Assembly: GCF_009914755.1 (NCBI RefSeq)
Contig: NC_060933.1
Direction: 5' to 3' (one strand)
Source: the human T2T-CHM13v2.0 reference genome, Homo sapiens
DNA length: 64,000 bases
Below, piece by piece: positions 1-21,072 of this stretch. Each line of letters opens with the position of its first letter. The first letter of the stretch is position 1. The position numbers and the translations under genes are program-made. A model generated the notes under the pieces. That model saw nothing but the letters and a program-made list of their open reading frames with translations. It had not been told where the DNA came from and ran no database searches.

Positions 1-296
1 CCTCAAAAAGGAAGTGTGGCTTTTGGGAGGTGATTGGGTTTAGATGGTGGAGCCACCATGCTGGGATTAGTGTCCTTATAAGAAGAGAAAAAGACTAGAA
101 TGTGGTCGCTTTGCCGTGTGAAGGCACAGCAAGGAGCTGGCCTTCTGCAAACCAGGGAGAGAGCCCTCACCAGACACAGAATCTGCTGGCACCTTGATCT
201 TGGACTTCTTAGCCTCCAGAAGTGTAAGAAATAAATGTTTGCTGTTTAAACCACCCAGTTTATGGTATTTTTGTTATACCACCCTGAGCTAAGACA
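1..296 (+). mobile_element. MaLR LTR (MLT1A/B-like), 3' part
   Basis: Characteristic gccctcaccagac..gaatctgctggcaccttgatcttggactt..agcctccagaa..aataaa..ctaagaca end. Confidence 0.8.
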
Positions 297-299
297 GAA

Positions 300-463
300 T
301 GTAAAATATCTCACTAATAATTTTTATACTGGTTTCATGTTGAGATAATTTTTTGGATATATTGGGCTAAATAGTATAATTATAATTTCACCTTTTTATT
401 TTGACTTTGCTAGCTAGAAAGTATAAAGGTTCAATCTGTGACCATGTCTATTGGACAGCACTG
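300..463. mobile_element. hAT-Charlie MITE fragment (MER33-like)
   Basis: Ends ctattggacagcactg (terminal inverted repeat of MER3/MER33); AT-rich body. Confidence 0.65.
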
Positions 464-517
464 CCTTGAATTATCAAGAGGCTCTCAAAAAAATCAGTAT
501 TTTTAATAAAATTTTTA

Positions 518-862
<345 letters not shown>

Positions 863-1461
863 ACTACAAATAAATCCCCTGTACCTTTTATGCAGTTTTC
901 CCCAGTGGTAACTTCTTGCACATTTCTAGTACAATATCACAACCTGGATACTGACATTGACACAGTCTAGACACAGAATACATCCATCACCTTAAGGTTC
1001 CCTCATGTTGCCTTTCTAAGGTTACATCTGCTACCTGCCACTCCTACTCTCTTGGTAACCCCTGGCAATCACAAAGCTGTTCTCACAGAGAGCAGCATAA
1101 GTGGAATCATACCATATGTAACCTTTTGAGATTGGCTTTTTTCACTCAGCATAATTTTCAGGGGTTTCATCCAGTTTGTTGCATATATTAGCAGTTCATT
1201 CCTTCTTATTGCTGATTGATATCCCATGGTATGGTTATACCACAGTTTGTTTAACCATTCACTCATAAGAAGAGACATTGAGTTGTTTCCAGTTTGGGGC
1301 TTTTACAAATAAAGCTGCTATAAACATCTTATAAAGCATTCTAATAATATAAACCTACTATCAACACATTTTTGTGTGAACCTACATTTTCATTTCTCTA
1401 GGATAAATGCTCAGGAGTGCAATTTCTGGGTAGTATGGTAGTTACATGTTTAGTTTTCTAA

Positions 1462-1876
<415 letters not shown>

Positions 1877-2031
1877 GCAATTTTTTTATTTTAGCCATTC
1901 TAATGGCTGTAGAGTGCTGTCTCATTGTGATTTTAATTTGCATTTCCCTAATAGCTATTGAAGTTGAGCATCTTTTCACATGTTTATTTTGTGTCCTATA
2001 AATCTTCTTTGGTGAAATATCTCTTCATGTC

Positions 2032-2763
<732 letters not shown>

Positions 2764-4059
2764 ATGTCTTTTGGCCATTTGCTAATAGGATTTTTGTTTG
2801 CATTTTTACTGTTGAGTTTTGAGATTTTAAAAACATTCTAGATACTAATACTTTGTGAGATATGTTGCTTGTAAATATTTTCTCCCAGTCTTTTCATCTC
2901 CTTAACATAATCTTTCTGAAAGTGAAGACTTGATGAAGTCGAATTTATCAATTTTTTCTTTAATGGGTCATGTTTTTGGGTGTCAAGCTTAAGAAGTCTT
3001 TGTAGAGATCTTGCAGATTTTATCCTGTGTTATTTTTGAAACATTTCATAGTTTTACGTGTAAGTCTGTGGTTCATTTCGAGTTAATTTTAGTATAAGGT
3101 ATGAGACTTATAGGTGGGGGTTTATTTTTTTGCCTATGGATAGCCAATTGCTTCAGCACCATTTGTTGAAAAGACTATCTTTCCTTCATTGAATTTCTTT
3201 TGCATCTTTGTAAAAAATTAGTGGTGTGCATTTGTGTGGGTCTATTTCTGGATTTTCTACTCTGTTCCATTGATCTATGTGTCTGTTCCTTCACGAATAA
3301 CATGTAATCTTAATTACTGCAACTGTATGATAAGTCTTGAAATCTGGTAGACTGATTATTTTTATTTTTTCTTTTTCAAAATTATTTAAGCTATTTCATT
3401 TTCTTTGCCTTTTCTTTGCTATTTTGTCAATCCATATAGAATAATCTTTATATCTACCCAAAAAGTTTAACTAGAATTTTGATAGGAATTATGTTAAATC
3501 TGCATATCACTTTCAGAAGAATTGACATCTTTACTATGTTAAGTCTTCCAACTTATGAATGTTGTATGTCTCTCCGTTTATTTAGATCTTCTTTTATTTC
3601 TTTTACCAGAATTTTGTAGTTTCCTGCATATAAGTCCGGCACATTTTTTGTTAGGTTTACACCTAAATAGTTTTCTTTCTGTCTCTCAATTATAAGTGGT
3701 ATTTTAAATGTTGGTGTCCATTGCTAGTATATAGAAATACTGTTGACTTTCTTTTTTTTATTATACTTTAAGTTTTAGGGTACATGTGCACAACGTGCAG
3801 GTTTGTTACATATGTATATATGTGCCATGTTGGTGTGCTGCACCCAGTAACTCGTCATTTAACATTAGGTATATCTCCTAATGCTATCCCTCCCCCCTCC
3901 CCCAACCCCACAACAGGCCCTGGTGTGTGATGTTCCCCTTCCTGTGTCCATGTGTTCTCACTGTTCAATTCCCACCTATGAGTGACAACATGCAGTGTTT
4001 CGTTTTTTGTCCTTGTGATAATTTGCTGAGAATGATGGTTTCCAGCTTCATCCATGCCC

Positions 4060-6667
<2,608 letters not shown>

Positions 6668-6924
6668 TCAGGGACCCACTTGAGGAGGCAGTCTGTCCAT
6701 TCTCAGATCTCCAGCTGCGTGCTGGGAGAACCACTACTCTCTTCAAAGCTGTCAGACAGAGACATTTAAGTCTGCAGAGGATTCTGCTGCCTTTTGTTTG
6801 GCAATGTCCTGCCCCCAGAGGTGGAGTCTACAGAGGCAGGCAGGTCTCCTTGAGCTGCGGTGGGCTCCACCCAGTTCGAGCTTCCCGGCTGCGGCTGCTT
6901 TGTTTACCTACTCAAGCCTCGGCA

Positions 6925-7065
6925 ATGGCGGGCACCCCTCCCCCAACCTTGCTGCCACCTTGCAGTTTGATCTCAGACTGCTGTGCTAGCAGTGAGCGAG
7001 GCTCTGTGGTCATAGGACCCTCTGAGCCAGGCGTGGGATATAATCTCCTGATGTGCTGTTTGTAA
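6925..7065 (+). pseudogene. L1 ORF0 homologue, truncated at 46 aa
   Basis: MAGTPPPTLLPPCSLISDCCAS...GPSEPGVGYNL in the antisense L1 5'UTR with GCAATGG Kozak context. Confidence 0.75.
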
Positions 7066-7571
7066 GACTGTTGGAAAAGCGCAATATTAAGGTGGGAGTG
7101 ACCCGATTTTCCAGGTGCTGTCTGTCACCCCTTTCTTTGACAAGGAAAGGGAATTCCCTGACCCCTTGCACTTCCCGGGTGAGGCAATGCCTTGCCCTGC
7201 TTCAGCTCACGCTCGGTGCGCTGCACCCACTGTCCTGCACCCACTTTCCGACACTCCCCAGTGAGATGAACCTGGTACCTCAGTTGGAAATGCGTCGTCT
7301 TCTGCATCGCTCATGCTGGGAGCTGTAGACTGGAGCTGTTCCTATTCGGCCATCTTGGCTCCACCCCCCTGTTGACTTTCAAATACTGAGAATTCAGTGA
7401 ACTAATTAGTTCTATGAGGTTTTTGGTAGATACTTTGGGATACATAGAAATGATATCATCTGCAAATATTGACAGTTTTCTTTTTTAATTTATTGTCTGT
7501 ATACCTCTTTTTTACTTTATTGTCTATTTCCTTTTTGCAATGCATTGGTTAAAATTTCCAGTACTATGTTT

Positions 7572-7856
7572 TGTTTGAGACAGTGTCTACCTTTGTCACC
7601 CAGGCTGGAGTACAGTGGCGAGATCTCAGTTCACTGCAACTTCCACCTCCCAAGCTCAAACCACCTCCCACCTCAGCCTCCCAAGTAGCTGGGACTACAG
7701 GCGCATGCCACCATGCCTGGCTAATTTTTATATTTTTTATAGAGATTGGTTTTTGCCATGTTGCCCAGGCTTATCTTGAACTCCTGAGCTCAAGCAATCT
7801 GCCCACTTTGGCCTTCCAAAGTGCTAATATGATAGGCAAGAGCCACCACACCCAGC
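7572..7856 (-). mobile_element. AluJ
   Basis: Diverged Alu with J-type gctcaagcaatc. Confidence 0.85.
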
Positions 7857-7956
7857 TTCCAGGATATGTTGAGTAAAAGTGGTAAGAGTGGACATCTTTG
7901 CTTTTTTCCCAATGTTCGAGGGCAGGTAAAATATTAGCTGTAGGTTTTTACAGCTA

Positions 7957-8243
<287 letters not shown>

Positions 8244-8975
8244 CTATAGCTACTTTTTATCAAGTTGAGGAAATTGTCCTCTCTTCTTATTTGTCTGAGA
8301 GCTGTTATCATGAGTGAATCTTCAATTTTGTCAAGTGCTTTTATTGAATTTATTGATATGAGCTGGTAATTTTTCTTTTTTAACCTATAAATAGGGTATA
8401 TTAGACTGATTGACTTCTAAATAATGAATCTAGTTTGTGTCCCTGGAATAAACTGGGATCATTACTGGGTCATAATGAATGATTTTTTAAAATATTGCTG
8501 ATTTCCATTTACCAGTATTTCATTAAGAATTTTTGCATTTATATTCATGAAGGGTATTGTTCTGTAGTTTTCTTTTTTGTGCTGTCTTTGATTTTAGTAT
8601 CAAGGTAATAATACCTTCTTATATTGAATTGGGACATGCTCTTCTGTTTTCTGCAAGAGATTGTAAAGAATTGGGTTAATTCCTCCTTAAATATATGGAG
8701 AATTGCCCAGTGAAACAATCTGGGGTGAGATATTTTTTAGAGAGTTTTTAAATTATGAATTTCAATTTCCTTACTAGTTATAGAGCTATTTAAATTCTCT
8801 GTTTTGTATTGAATGAGTGGTGGTAATTTGTGGTTCTTGAGAAAGTGATCCATTTTATCTAAGAGGTCGAATTTATATGTGTAGCATTATTCAAAGTATT
8901 GCCTTATTTTATGTGTGTGTGTATGTTTAAATAATTTTTTTATTTTTAATTTTTGTGGGTATGTAGTAAGTGTAT

Positions 8976-11628
<2,653 letters not shown>

Positions 11629-14600
11629 TGTATATATGAGTTACATGAAATATTTTGATACAAGCATGCAATGCATAATAATCACATCAGGACTAATGGG
11701 GTATCCTTCACCTCAAGCATTTATCCTTATGTTACAAACAATCCAATTACGCTTCTTTAGTTATTTTGAAATAAACAATTAAATTATTTTTGACTATAGT
11801 CACTCTGTTGTGCTAGAAAATACTAGAACTTATTCAGTCTTTCTAACTGTTATTTTGTACCCATTAACCATCCCCACTTCCCTCCCACCCACCCCCACTA
11901 CCCTTCCTAGACTATGGTAACCATCATTCTACTCTCTGTCTCCATGAGTTCAATTGTTTTAATTTTTAGCTTTCACAAGTAAGTGAGAATCAGTGAAGTT
12001 TGTTTTTCTGTGCCTGGCTTATTTTGCTTAACATGATAACTTCCAGTTCCAACCATGAGGTTGCAAATGACAGAATCTTATTCTTTTTTATGGCGGAATA
12101 GTACCCCGTTGTGTATATGTACTGCATTTTCTTTATCCATTCATCTATTGATGGGCACTTAGGTTGCTTCCAAATCTTAGTTATTGTGAATAGTGCTGCA
12201 ATAAACATGGGAGTGCAGATCTCTTCCATATACTGATTTTCTTTCCTTTGGGTATATACCTAGGAGTAGAATTGCTGGATCATATGGTACCGTATTTTTA
12301 GTTATTTGAGGAACCTCCAAACTGTTCTCCATGGTGGTTGTACTAATTTACATTCCTACCAACAGTGTATGAAGGTTCTCTTTTCTCCACATCCTTGTCA
12401 GCATTTATTATTGCCTATCTTTTGGATAAAAGACATTTGAACTGGGGTGAGATGCTGTCTCATTGTAGTTTTGACCTGATGATCAATGATGCTGAGCACC
12501 TTTCATATATCTGTTTGCCATTTGTATGTCTTCTTTTGAGAAATGTCTACTCACATTTTTTGCCCATTAAAAAAATGAGATTACTAGATTGTTTCCTATA
12601 GACTTGTTTGAGCTTCTTATATATTCTGGTTATTAATACCCTGGCAGACGGATAGTTTGCAAATATTTTCGCCCGTTCTGTGGGTTGTCTCTTCACTTTG
12701 TTGATTGTTTCCTTTGCTGTGCAGAAGCTTTTTAACTTGATGTGATCCCATTTTTCCATTTTTGCTTTGGTGACCTGTGCTTATGGGGTACTACTCAAGA
12801 AATCTTTGTCCACTCCAATGTCCTGAGGTTCCCCAGTGTTTTCATTTAGTAACTTCATAGTTTGAGGACTTAGATTTAAGTCTTTAATCTGTTTTGATTA
12901 GCTTTTTGTATATGATGAGAGATAGAGGTCTACTTTAATTCTTCTGCATATGGATACCCAGTTTTCCCAGCACCATTTGTTGAAGAAACTGCCCTTTATT
13001 CAATAAAAGGTGCTATGTTCTTAACACATTTGTCAAAAATGAGTGTATTGTAGATGTATGGGTTTATTTCTGGGTTATATCTTCTGTTCCACTGGTCTAT
13101 GTACCTATTTTTATGCCAGTATCATGCTGTTTTGGTTACTACAGCCCAGTAGTGTAATTTAAAGTCAGGTAATATGATTCCTACAGTTTTGTTCTTTTTG
13201 CTTAGGAGCGCTTTGGTTCTTCTGGGTCTTTTGTGGTTCCACATAAATTTTACTGTTGTTTTTGTCTATTTCTGTGAAGAATGTCATTGGTACTTGAAAT
13301 TGCATTGAATCTGTAGATTGGTTGAGTGGTATTGACATTTTAACAAAATTGATTCTTCCAATCCATGAATATGAAATATCTTTTCATTTTTTGTGTCTTC
13401 TTCAATTTTTTGCATCAATGTTTTATAGTTTTCATCGTAGAGATCTTTTGCTCCTTTGGTTAAGTTAATTCGTAGGTATTTTATTTGTAGCTAGTGTAAG
13501 TGGGATTACTTTCTTGATTTCTTTTTCAGATTGTTGCTATTGGCATATAAAAATGCTACTGATTTTTGTATGTTGATCCTGCAACTTTACTGAATTTTTT
13601 GATCAGTTCTAATAGTTTTTTGTGGAGTCTTTATATTTTTCCAACATAGTATCTTTGAACAAGGATAATCTTACTTCTTCCTTTCCAATTCTAATGTCCT
13701 TTATTTTTTTCTCTTGTCTGATTGCTTTAGCTAGAACTTCCAGCACTATGTTGAATAACATTGGTGAAAATGGACATCTTTATCTTAATACAAATCTTAG
13801 AGGTAAGCCTTTCAGTGTTGATCTCTCATTATGATGCTAGCTGTGGATGTGTCACATATGGCATTTATTATGTTGAGGTAATTTCTTCTATATTCAGTTT
13901 CTGACAGTGTTTTTTTATTATGAAAGGATGTTGAATTTTATCAAATGCTTTTTCAGTATCATTTGAGATGATCATAAGGTTTTTGTCCTTCATTTTGTTG
14001 AGATGATATATCAGATTGCTTTGCATATGTTGAATTGTCTTTGCATCCCAGGAATTAGTCCCACTTGGTCATGATGAATGATCTTTTTCATGTGTTGTGA
14101 ATTTAGTTTGCTGATGTTTCATTGAGAATTTTTCATCAATATTCATCAGAGATATTGGCCTGTAGTTTTCTTTTTTAGATGTATCTTTTTCTGGTTTTGG
14201 TATCAGGATAATACTGGCCTCATAGAATGAGTTTGGGAGTATTCCCTCCCCCTATATTTTTCAGAATAGTTTGAGTAGAATTTGTGTTAGTTCTCATTTA
14301 AAGGTTTGGTAAATTCAGCTGTGAAGCCATTGGGTCTGGGGCTTTTCTTTACTGAAACTTCCAGTACTATGTTGAATAACAGCGGTGACAGTGTGCATCT
14401 TTGTCATGTTCTAGATCTTAGAGGAAAGGCTTTTCAGTCTTTAGCTGTAGTAACATTTGCTTTCTATATCTGGGTGCTCCAGTGTTGGGTACATATATAT
14501 TTACAATTATATCCTCTTGCTGAATTGACCCCTTTATCATTATATGACCTTCTTTGTCTCTTCTTATAGTTTTTTTCTTGAAATCTATTTTGTCTCATAT

Positions 14601-17600
14601 AACTACTCCTACTCTTTTTTTTGTTTCCATTGGCATTGAATAGCTTTTCTATCCCTTTACTTACAGTCTGTCGGTGTCATTATGAGTGCAGTGTGTTTCT
14701 TTTAGACAATAAATCACTGAGTCCTTTTAAAAAAAAAATCCATTCAGCAAATCTCTCTTTGATTGGAGAGTTTAGTCCATTTACATTCAATATTATTATC
14801 GAAAAGTAAGGGCTTACTTCTGCTATTTTGTTATTTATTTTCTGGTTGTTTCATGGTCTTCTCTTCCTTCTTTTCTTCCTTCCTGTCTTCCTTTTAGTGA
14901 AGGGGATTTTCTCTGGTGGTATGACTTAGTTTCTTGCTTTTTATTTTTTGTGTATCTATTGTATGTTTTTTGATTTGAGGTTACTATTAGGATTGCAAAT
15001 ACTATTTTATAACCCATTATTTTTAAGCTGATAAAAACTTAACACTGCTTGCATAAACAAACAAGCAAAAAGAAAATTGGTAAAAACTACACTTTAACTT
15101 CATCCCCCCTACTTTAGAAACTTTTTGTTGTTTTTAGTTATATCTTATTGCATCGTCTATGTCTTGAAAAGTTTTTGTAGTTATTATTTTTTATTGTTTC
15201 ATCTTTTAGTCTTTCTACTTAAGATAACAGTAGTTTACACACCACAGTTACAGTATTATGATATTCTGTTTTTCTGTGTACTTACTATCACCAGTGAGTT
15301 TTATACCTTCAGATGATTTCCTATTGCTCTTAATGTCCTTTCCTTTTTGATTGAAGTACCTCCATTTGCATTTCTTGTAGGACTGGTATTGATGAAATCC
15401 CTCAGCTTCTGTTTGTCTAGGAAAGTCTTTATTTCTCCTTCATGTTTGATGGATATTTTTGCCAGATATACTATTCTAGGGTAAAAGTTTTCTTCTTTCA
15501 GAACTTTAAATATGTCATTCCATTCTCTCCTGGCCTGTGAGGTTTTCTCTAAAAAGTCTGCCGCCAGGCATATTGGAGCTCCATTGTATGTTATGTGCTT
15601 CTTTTCTCTTGATGCTTTTAGGATTCTTTCTTTATCTTTGACCTTTGGGAGTTTGATTATTAAATGCCTTGAGGTAGTCTTCTTTGGGTTAAATCTGCTT
15701 AGTGTAAAACTGTTTGTGCTTGGATATTGATATCTTTCTCTAGGTTTTGCAAGTTCTCCATTATTAATAAACTTTGTATTCCTATCTTTTTTTTCTACCT
15801 CACTTTAAGGCCAATAACTCTTAGATTTGCCCCCTTTTATGCTTTTTCGAAATCTTGCAGGCATGCTCCATTCTTTTCTATTCTTTATTCTTTTGTCTCC
15901 TCTCTCTATGTATTTTCAAATAGCCTGTCTTGAAGCTCACTTATTCTTTCTTCTGCTTGATCAATTATGCTACTAAGATATTCTGATGCATTTTTCAATA
16001 TCTCTACTGCATTTTTCAAGTCCAGAATTTCTGCTTGATTCTTTTTAATAATGTCAGTTTCTTTGTTAAATTTATCTGATGGAATTCTGCATTTCTTCTC
16101 TGTGTGATCTTGAATTTCTTTCTCTGAGTTTCCTCAAAACGGCTATTTTGAATTCTGTGTCTGAAAGATCACATATCTCTGTTTCTCCAGGATTGGTCCC
16201 TGGTGACTTGTTTAGTTCATTTGGTGATGTCATGTTTTCCTGGATGATAGTGATGCTTGAGGATGTTTGTTGGTGTCTAGACATTGACAAGTTAGCTATT
16301 TATTGTAATCTTCACAGTCTGGGCTTGTTTGTATCCATCCTTCTTGGGAATGTTTGTCAGGTATTTGAAAGGACTTAGGTTTTGATGTAAGCTATATGTG
16401 TATTAAGGGGCACCTCAAGCCTAGTAACACTGTGGTTCTTGCAGACTTGTAGAGGCACTGTCTTTGTGGTCTTGGATAAGATCTGGAAGAATTCTCTGGA
16501 TTACCAGGCAGAGACTCTTGTTCTCTTCCCTTACTTTCTCCCAAACAAATACAGTCTCTTTGTGCTGTGCTGCTTGGAGCTGGGGATGGGGTGAGAAAAG
16601 CACCCCATGGCCACCACCACTGGGAATGTGCTGGGTCAGACTTGAAGCCAGCACAGCACTGGGTCTTGCCCAAGGCCCACTAAAGCACTACCTGGCTACT
16701 GCCTAGGTTTGCTCAAGGCCCTAGGGCTCTACAGTCAGCAGGTGGTGAAGTCAGCCAGGCTTGTGTTCTTCCTTTCAGGGCAGCAAGTTCTCACAGGCCA
16801 ACAGGCAGGTCCGGAGATGTTATCCAGGATCCAGGAACTGGAGTCAACAACCTTAGAAATCTACCTGCTATTCCATTCTACTGTGGCTGAGATGGCACTC
16901 AAACCATGAGATGCAGTCTTTCCCACTCTTTCCTCCCTTTTCTACAGGTAGAGGAGCCTCACCCTGTAGCCACCACCACCGTAGGCCCACAGGGAGTAGT
17001 ACTGCCAAGCTACCAACAATGTTCAGTTAAACTCCCAAAGGCTCTTCAGTTAGCTTGTGGCGAATGCTGCCAGGCCTGGGACTTACTTTCAGGGCAGTGG
17101 GCTTCCCTCTGGCCCTGGGCAGGTCCAGAAATCATGTTCAAGAGCCAAGGCCTGGAATTGGAAACCTCCAAGAGCCCACTTGCTGCTCTACTTCCCTGTG
17201 GCTGACGTGGTAGCTAGAGGGCAAGACAAAGTCTCCTTTTCTTTCTCTCTGCTTTTCTCAAGCAGAAGGAGTCTCTCATCATAGCCACCACAACTGGGAA
17301 TGCTCTGAATCTCACTTGAAGTCAGCATGTCTCAAGAGTCCCACCCAAGGCCCACGGTGTACTACCTGGGAATCACATCTCATGGTTTGAGTGCCATCTC
17401 AGCCACACCAGAATAGAACACCAGGTAGATTTCTCCAGGCCTAAGGGCTCTTTAGTCAGTAAGTGATGGATCCTTCTAGGACTGGGTCCTTCCCTTCAAG
17501 GCAGCAGGTTCCCTCTGGCCCTAGATATGTCTAGAAATGTCATCTGGGAGCTAGGGCCTGGAATGGGGTCTTCATTACTCTGCCTGGTGCCCTATCCTGC

Positions 17601-19180
17601 TGTGGCTGAGCTGGTATCTATGATGCAAGACGAAGACCTCTTTGTCCCTCTTCTCTTCTCAAGCAGAAGGAAGGGGTCCATTTTAGAACCACAAGCTGTG
17701 CTGCCTGGGGCTGTGGGAGGAGTGGCACAAGCACTCCCTTAGCTGCCCCAGCTTGTGTCTCAGTAAATTGTATGGCCCTCCAAGTTCACTGTCTCCAAGC
17801 CCAACTCAGCACCAGCACTTGCCTAGGAGTTGCAGTACTCCTTAAAAGGCCTAAACTGCGTTTTAAGTTTATTTAGGGACCCAGAGCGCTTTAGCCCATG
17901 GTGGTGAGGCTTGCCGAAACTCAAGTTCCAACTGTTGGAGTGGGCAGTTCTCCTCTGGCTAGGGCTGGTGTAAATGCTCCCTCTGGGCGGGCATCAGCTG
18001 AGTTTAGCCTGATTTTGCTTTCCACTGTGACAGGGCAGCACTGAGTTCAATGCCAAGTCTCACAATTGCCATGCTCTCCCTCTCCCAAGTGCACAGATTC
18101 TCCATGCCACATGGCTGCTACCAGGGGGTAAGGGAGGAGTGACATTGGCAATTCAAGACTGTCTTTCCTCCCCCATTCAGTGCCTTTTTCAGTGATATGA
18201 AGTTAAAATCAGGTGATGTGAGTGCCCACCTGATTTTTTTGTTGTTGTTCTTAAGAAGGCTTTTTAAAAATGTAGATAGTTGTTAAATTTGGTGTTCTTG
18301 TGTAGAGGGATGATCAGTGGAGCCTTCTATTTGGCCATCTGGTTCCACCCCTCCTCTGCCTTATTATATTTTGATGTCTGTAGTGATATTCCCAGTCTCA
18401 CCCCTGATAGTGGTAATCTCTGTCTTCTCGTTCTCTCTCTCTCTCTTTTGTTTTGCTAGAGGTTTGATTTTTTTTTTAAATTCTTATTTATTTATTTATG
18501 TCTAATATTACTGTCTAGCTTATCCTGGTTGCAGGTTTGTTGATTTTATTAGTCTTTTCAGGGAACCAGTTCTTTGTTTCGTTGATTTTTCTCTCTTGTG
18601 TTTCTATCTTCAATTTAATTTTTTTCTGCTTTTAATCATCATTATTTCCATCCTTCTGCTTACTTTGGGTTTCTTTGGCTCTTTTTTACTCCTCAGCACT
18701 TAAGGTGGAAGGTTAAATCATTGACTTGAGACTTTTCCTGTTTTCTAAGGTATGTGTTTAATGTTACGAATTTTACTTTCAGAACTCATGCATTTCGATA
18801 GGCTATATTTCTATTTTCACTCAATGCAATGTATTTTGAAATTTTCTTTGTGGCTTCCCCTTTGACCCATGGATTATTTAGAAGTACGCTCATTAATTTC
18901 CTAGAAGTTTTCCTGTTACTTTCTGTTATTGATTTCTATTTTGATTCCATTGCAGTTCAAGAATGCACTCTATGTGATTTTGGTTCTTTTAAATGTGTTG
19001 AGATTTGTTTTGTTGCCCAGAATATGGTCTATCTTGGTATATATTCTGTAGATACTTGGAAAAGAATGTGTTCTACTGTCATTGGGTGAAATATTCTATA
19101 AATGTTAAACTGTTAAGATCCTATTGTTGATAGGTATTGTTGATTTCTTATACATCTTAGCTGATTTTTTGTCTAGTTTT

Positions 19181-19466
19181 GTTTTTTTTTTTGTTTTGAG
19201 ACAGAGTCTTGACGCTGCTCTGTTACCCAGGCTAGAGTGTAATGGCGCAATCTTGGCTCACCGCAACCTCTGCCTTCTGGATTAAGGTGATTTTCCTGTC
19301 TCAAAGCGATTCTCCTGCCTCAGCCTTCGAGAAGCTGGGATTGCAGGCACGCACCACCATGCCCAGCTAATTTTTGTATTTTCAGTGGAGACGGTTTCAT
19401 TGTGTTGGCCAGGCTGGTCTTGAACTCCTGACCTCAAGTGACAGGCGTGAGCCACCATGCCCGGCC
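19181..19466 (-). mobile_element. AluS with a small internal duplication and deletion
   Basis: TSD gatttt(t/c)tgtctagtttt; missing left-arm segment at ctcaagtg|acaggcg. Confidence 0.85.
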
Positions 19467-19995
19467 GATTTTCTGTCTAGTTTTTGTACCAATTGTTGAG
19501 AGAAGGTTTTTGATATCTCCAGTTATACTTGCAGATTTGCCCATTTCTCCTTTCAGTTCTGTTTTTGCCTCACATATTTTGCAGTTTGTTTGGTACATAC
19601 ACATTTAGGACTGCTATGTCTTCTTAGCGAACTGTGCCTTTATCATTATATTGTGTCCCTATATGTCTATAGTAATTTTCTTTGCTGTGAAGTCTACTTA
19701 GTCTAATGTTAATACAGTTACTCCTGCTTTCCTCTGATTAATGTTTGCATAGTGTATCTTTTTCCATCTTTTAACTTTTAACTTGTCTACATCATTATGT
19801 TTGAAATGTGTTTCTTGTAGAGAATATATGGTTGGGTCATGCTTTTTAATCCACTCTGCCAGTATCTGTTTTTTTCCTTGGTATATTTAGACTATTTACA
19901 TTTAATATAATTATTGATATGTTAGGGTTTAAGTGTGCCATTTATTGTTTGTTTGTTTTCTGTTTATTCTCTTTGGTTTTTATTTCTCTGCATTC

Positions 19996-20320
<325 letters not shown>

Positions 20321-20402
20321 TAGAATTACATTTTTATTTGTCTATAGTGTTTTTTAGTATATCTCTTTGAATAGCTTTTTCAGTGGTTGCTGTAGGTGGC
20401 AC

Positions 20403-20498
20403 TGTTTGTGTGTGTGGATGTGTGTGTGTGTCTATGTGTGGATGTGTGTCTGTGTGTGTGTGTGTGTATGTGAGTGGGTGTGTGCGGGTGTGTGTGTA
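20403..20498. repeat. Imperfect (TG)n microsatellite
   Basis: Direct inspection. Confidence 0.9.
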
Positions 20499-21072
20499 TA
20501 ATTTATCCCATTCTATTGATGTTGTCAGTTTACAGTTTGAATGAAGTATAGAAACCATACCTTCCATTATATCCCTTTACTCTTCCTCATTTAAAATACA
20601 GTTATCTTAAATATTTCCTCTAGATCCATTTAGAACCAAGATGAAACAATGTTATAATTTTTGCTTCACCATCAAAGAAACATTAAAAACCTGAAGTGGT
20701 GAAGAAAAGTATTTTATTTATTTCTATTTTTTGCTTACCATATTCTTTCTTCCTGATGTCCCAAGATTCCTTCTTTTAAACCTTCTCTTTGACATTCTTT
20801 CTGTCTAGACAACGTCCTTTATACATTATTTTCGGGCAGGTCTGTTGCTGATGGACACTCTTAGTGTTTCCTCATCTGAGAATGTCTGAATTTTGCCTTC
20901 ATTCCTAAAGGATATTTTCACTGGATACAGGATTCTGAATTGACATTTACTTTGGCAATTGAAAAATAATGTGCTAATTCTCTCTGGCTTCCATGGTTTC
21001 TGATGAGAAATCCAGGGTCAATATAAGTGTTTTTCCCCTATAGGTAAGGTATCATTTTTCTTTGGCAGTTTT

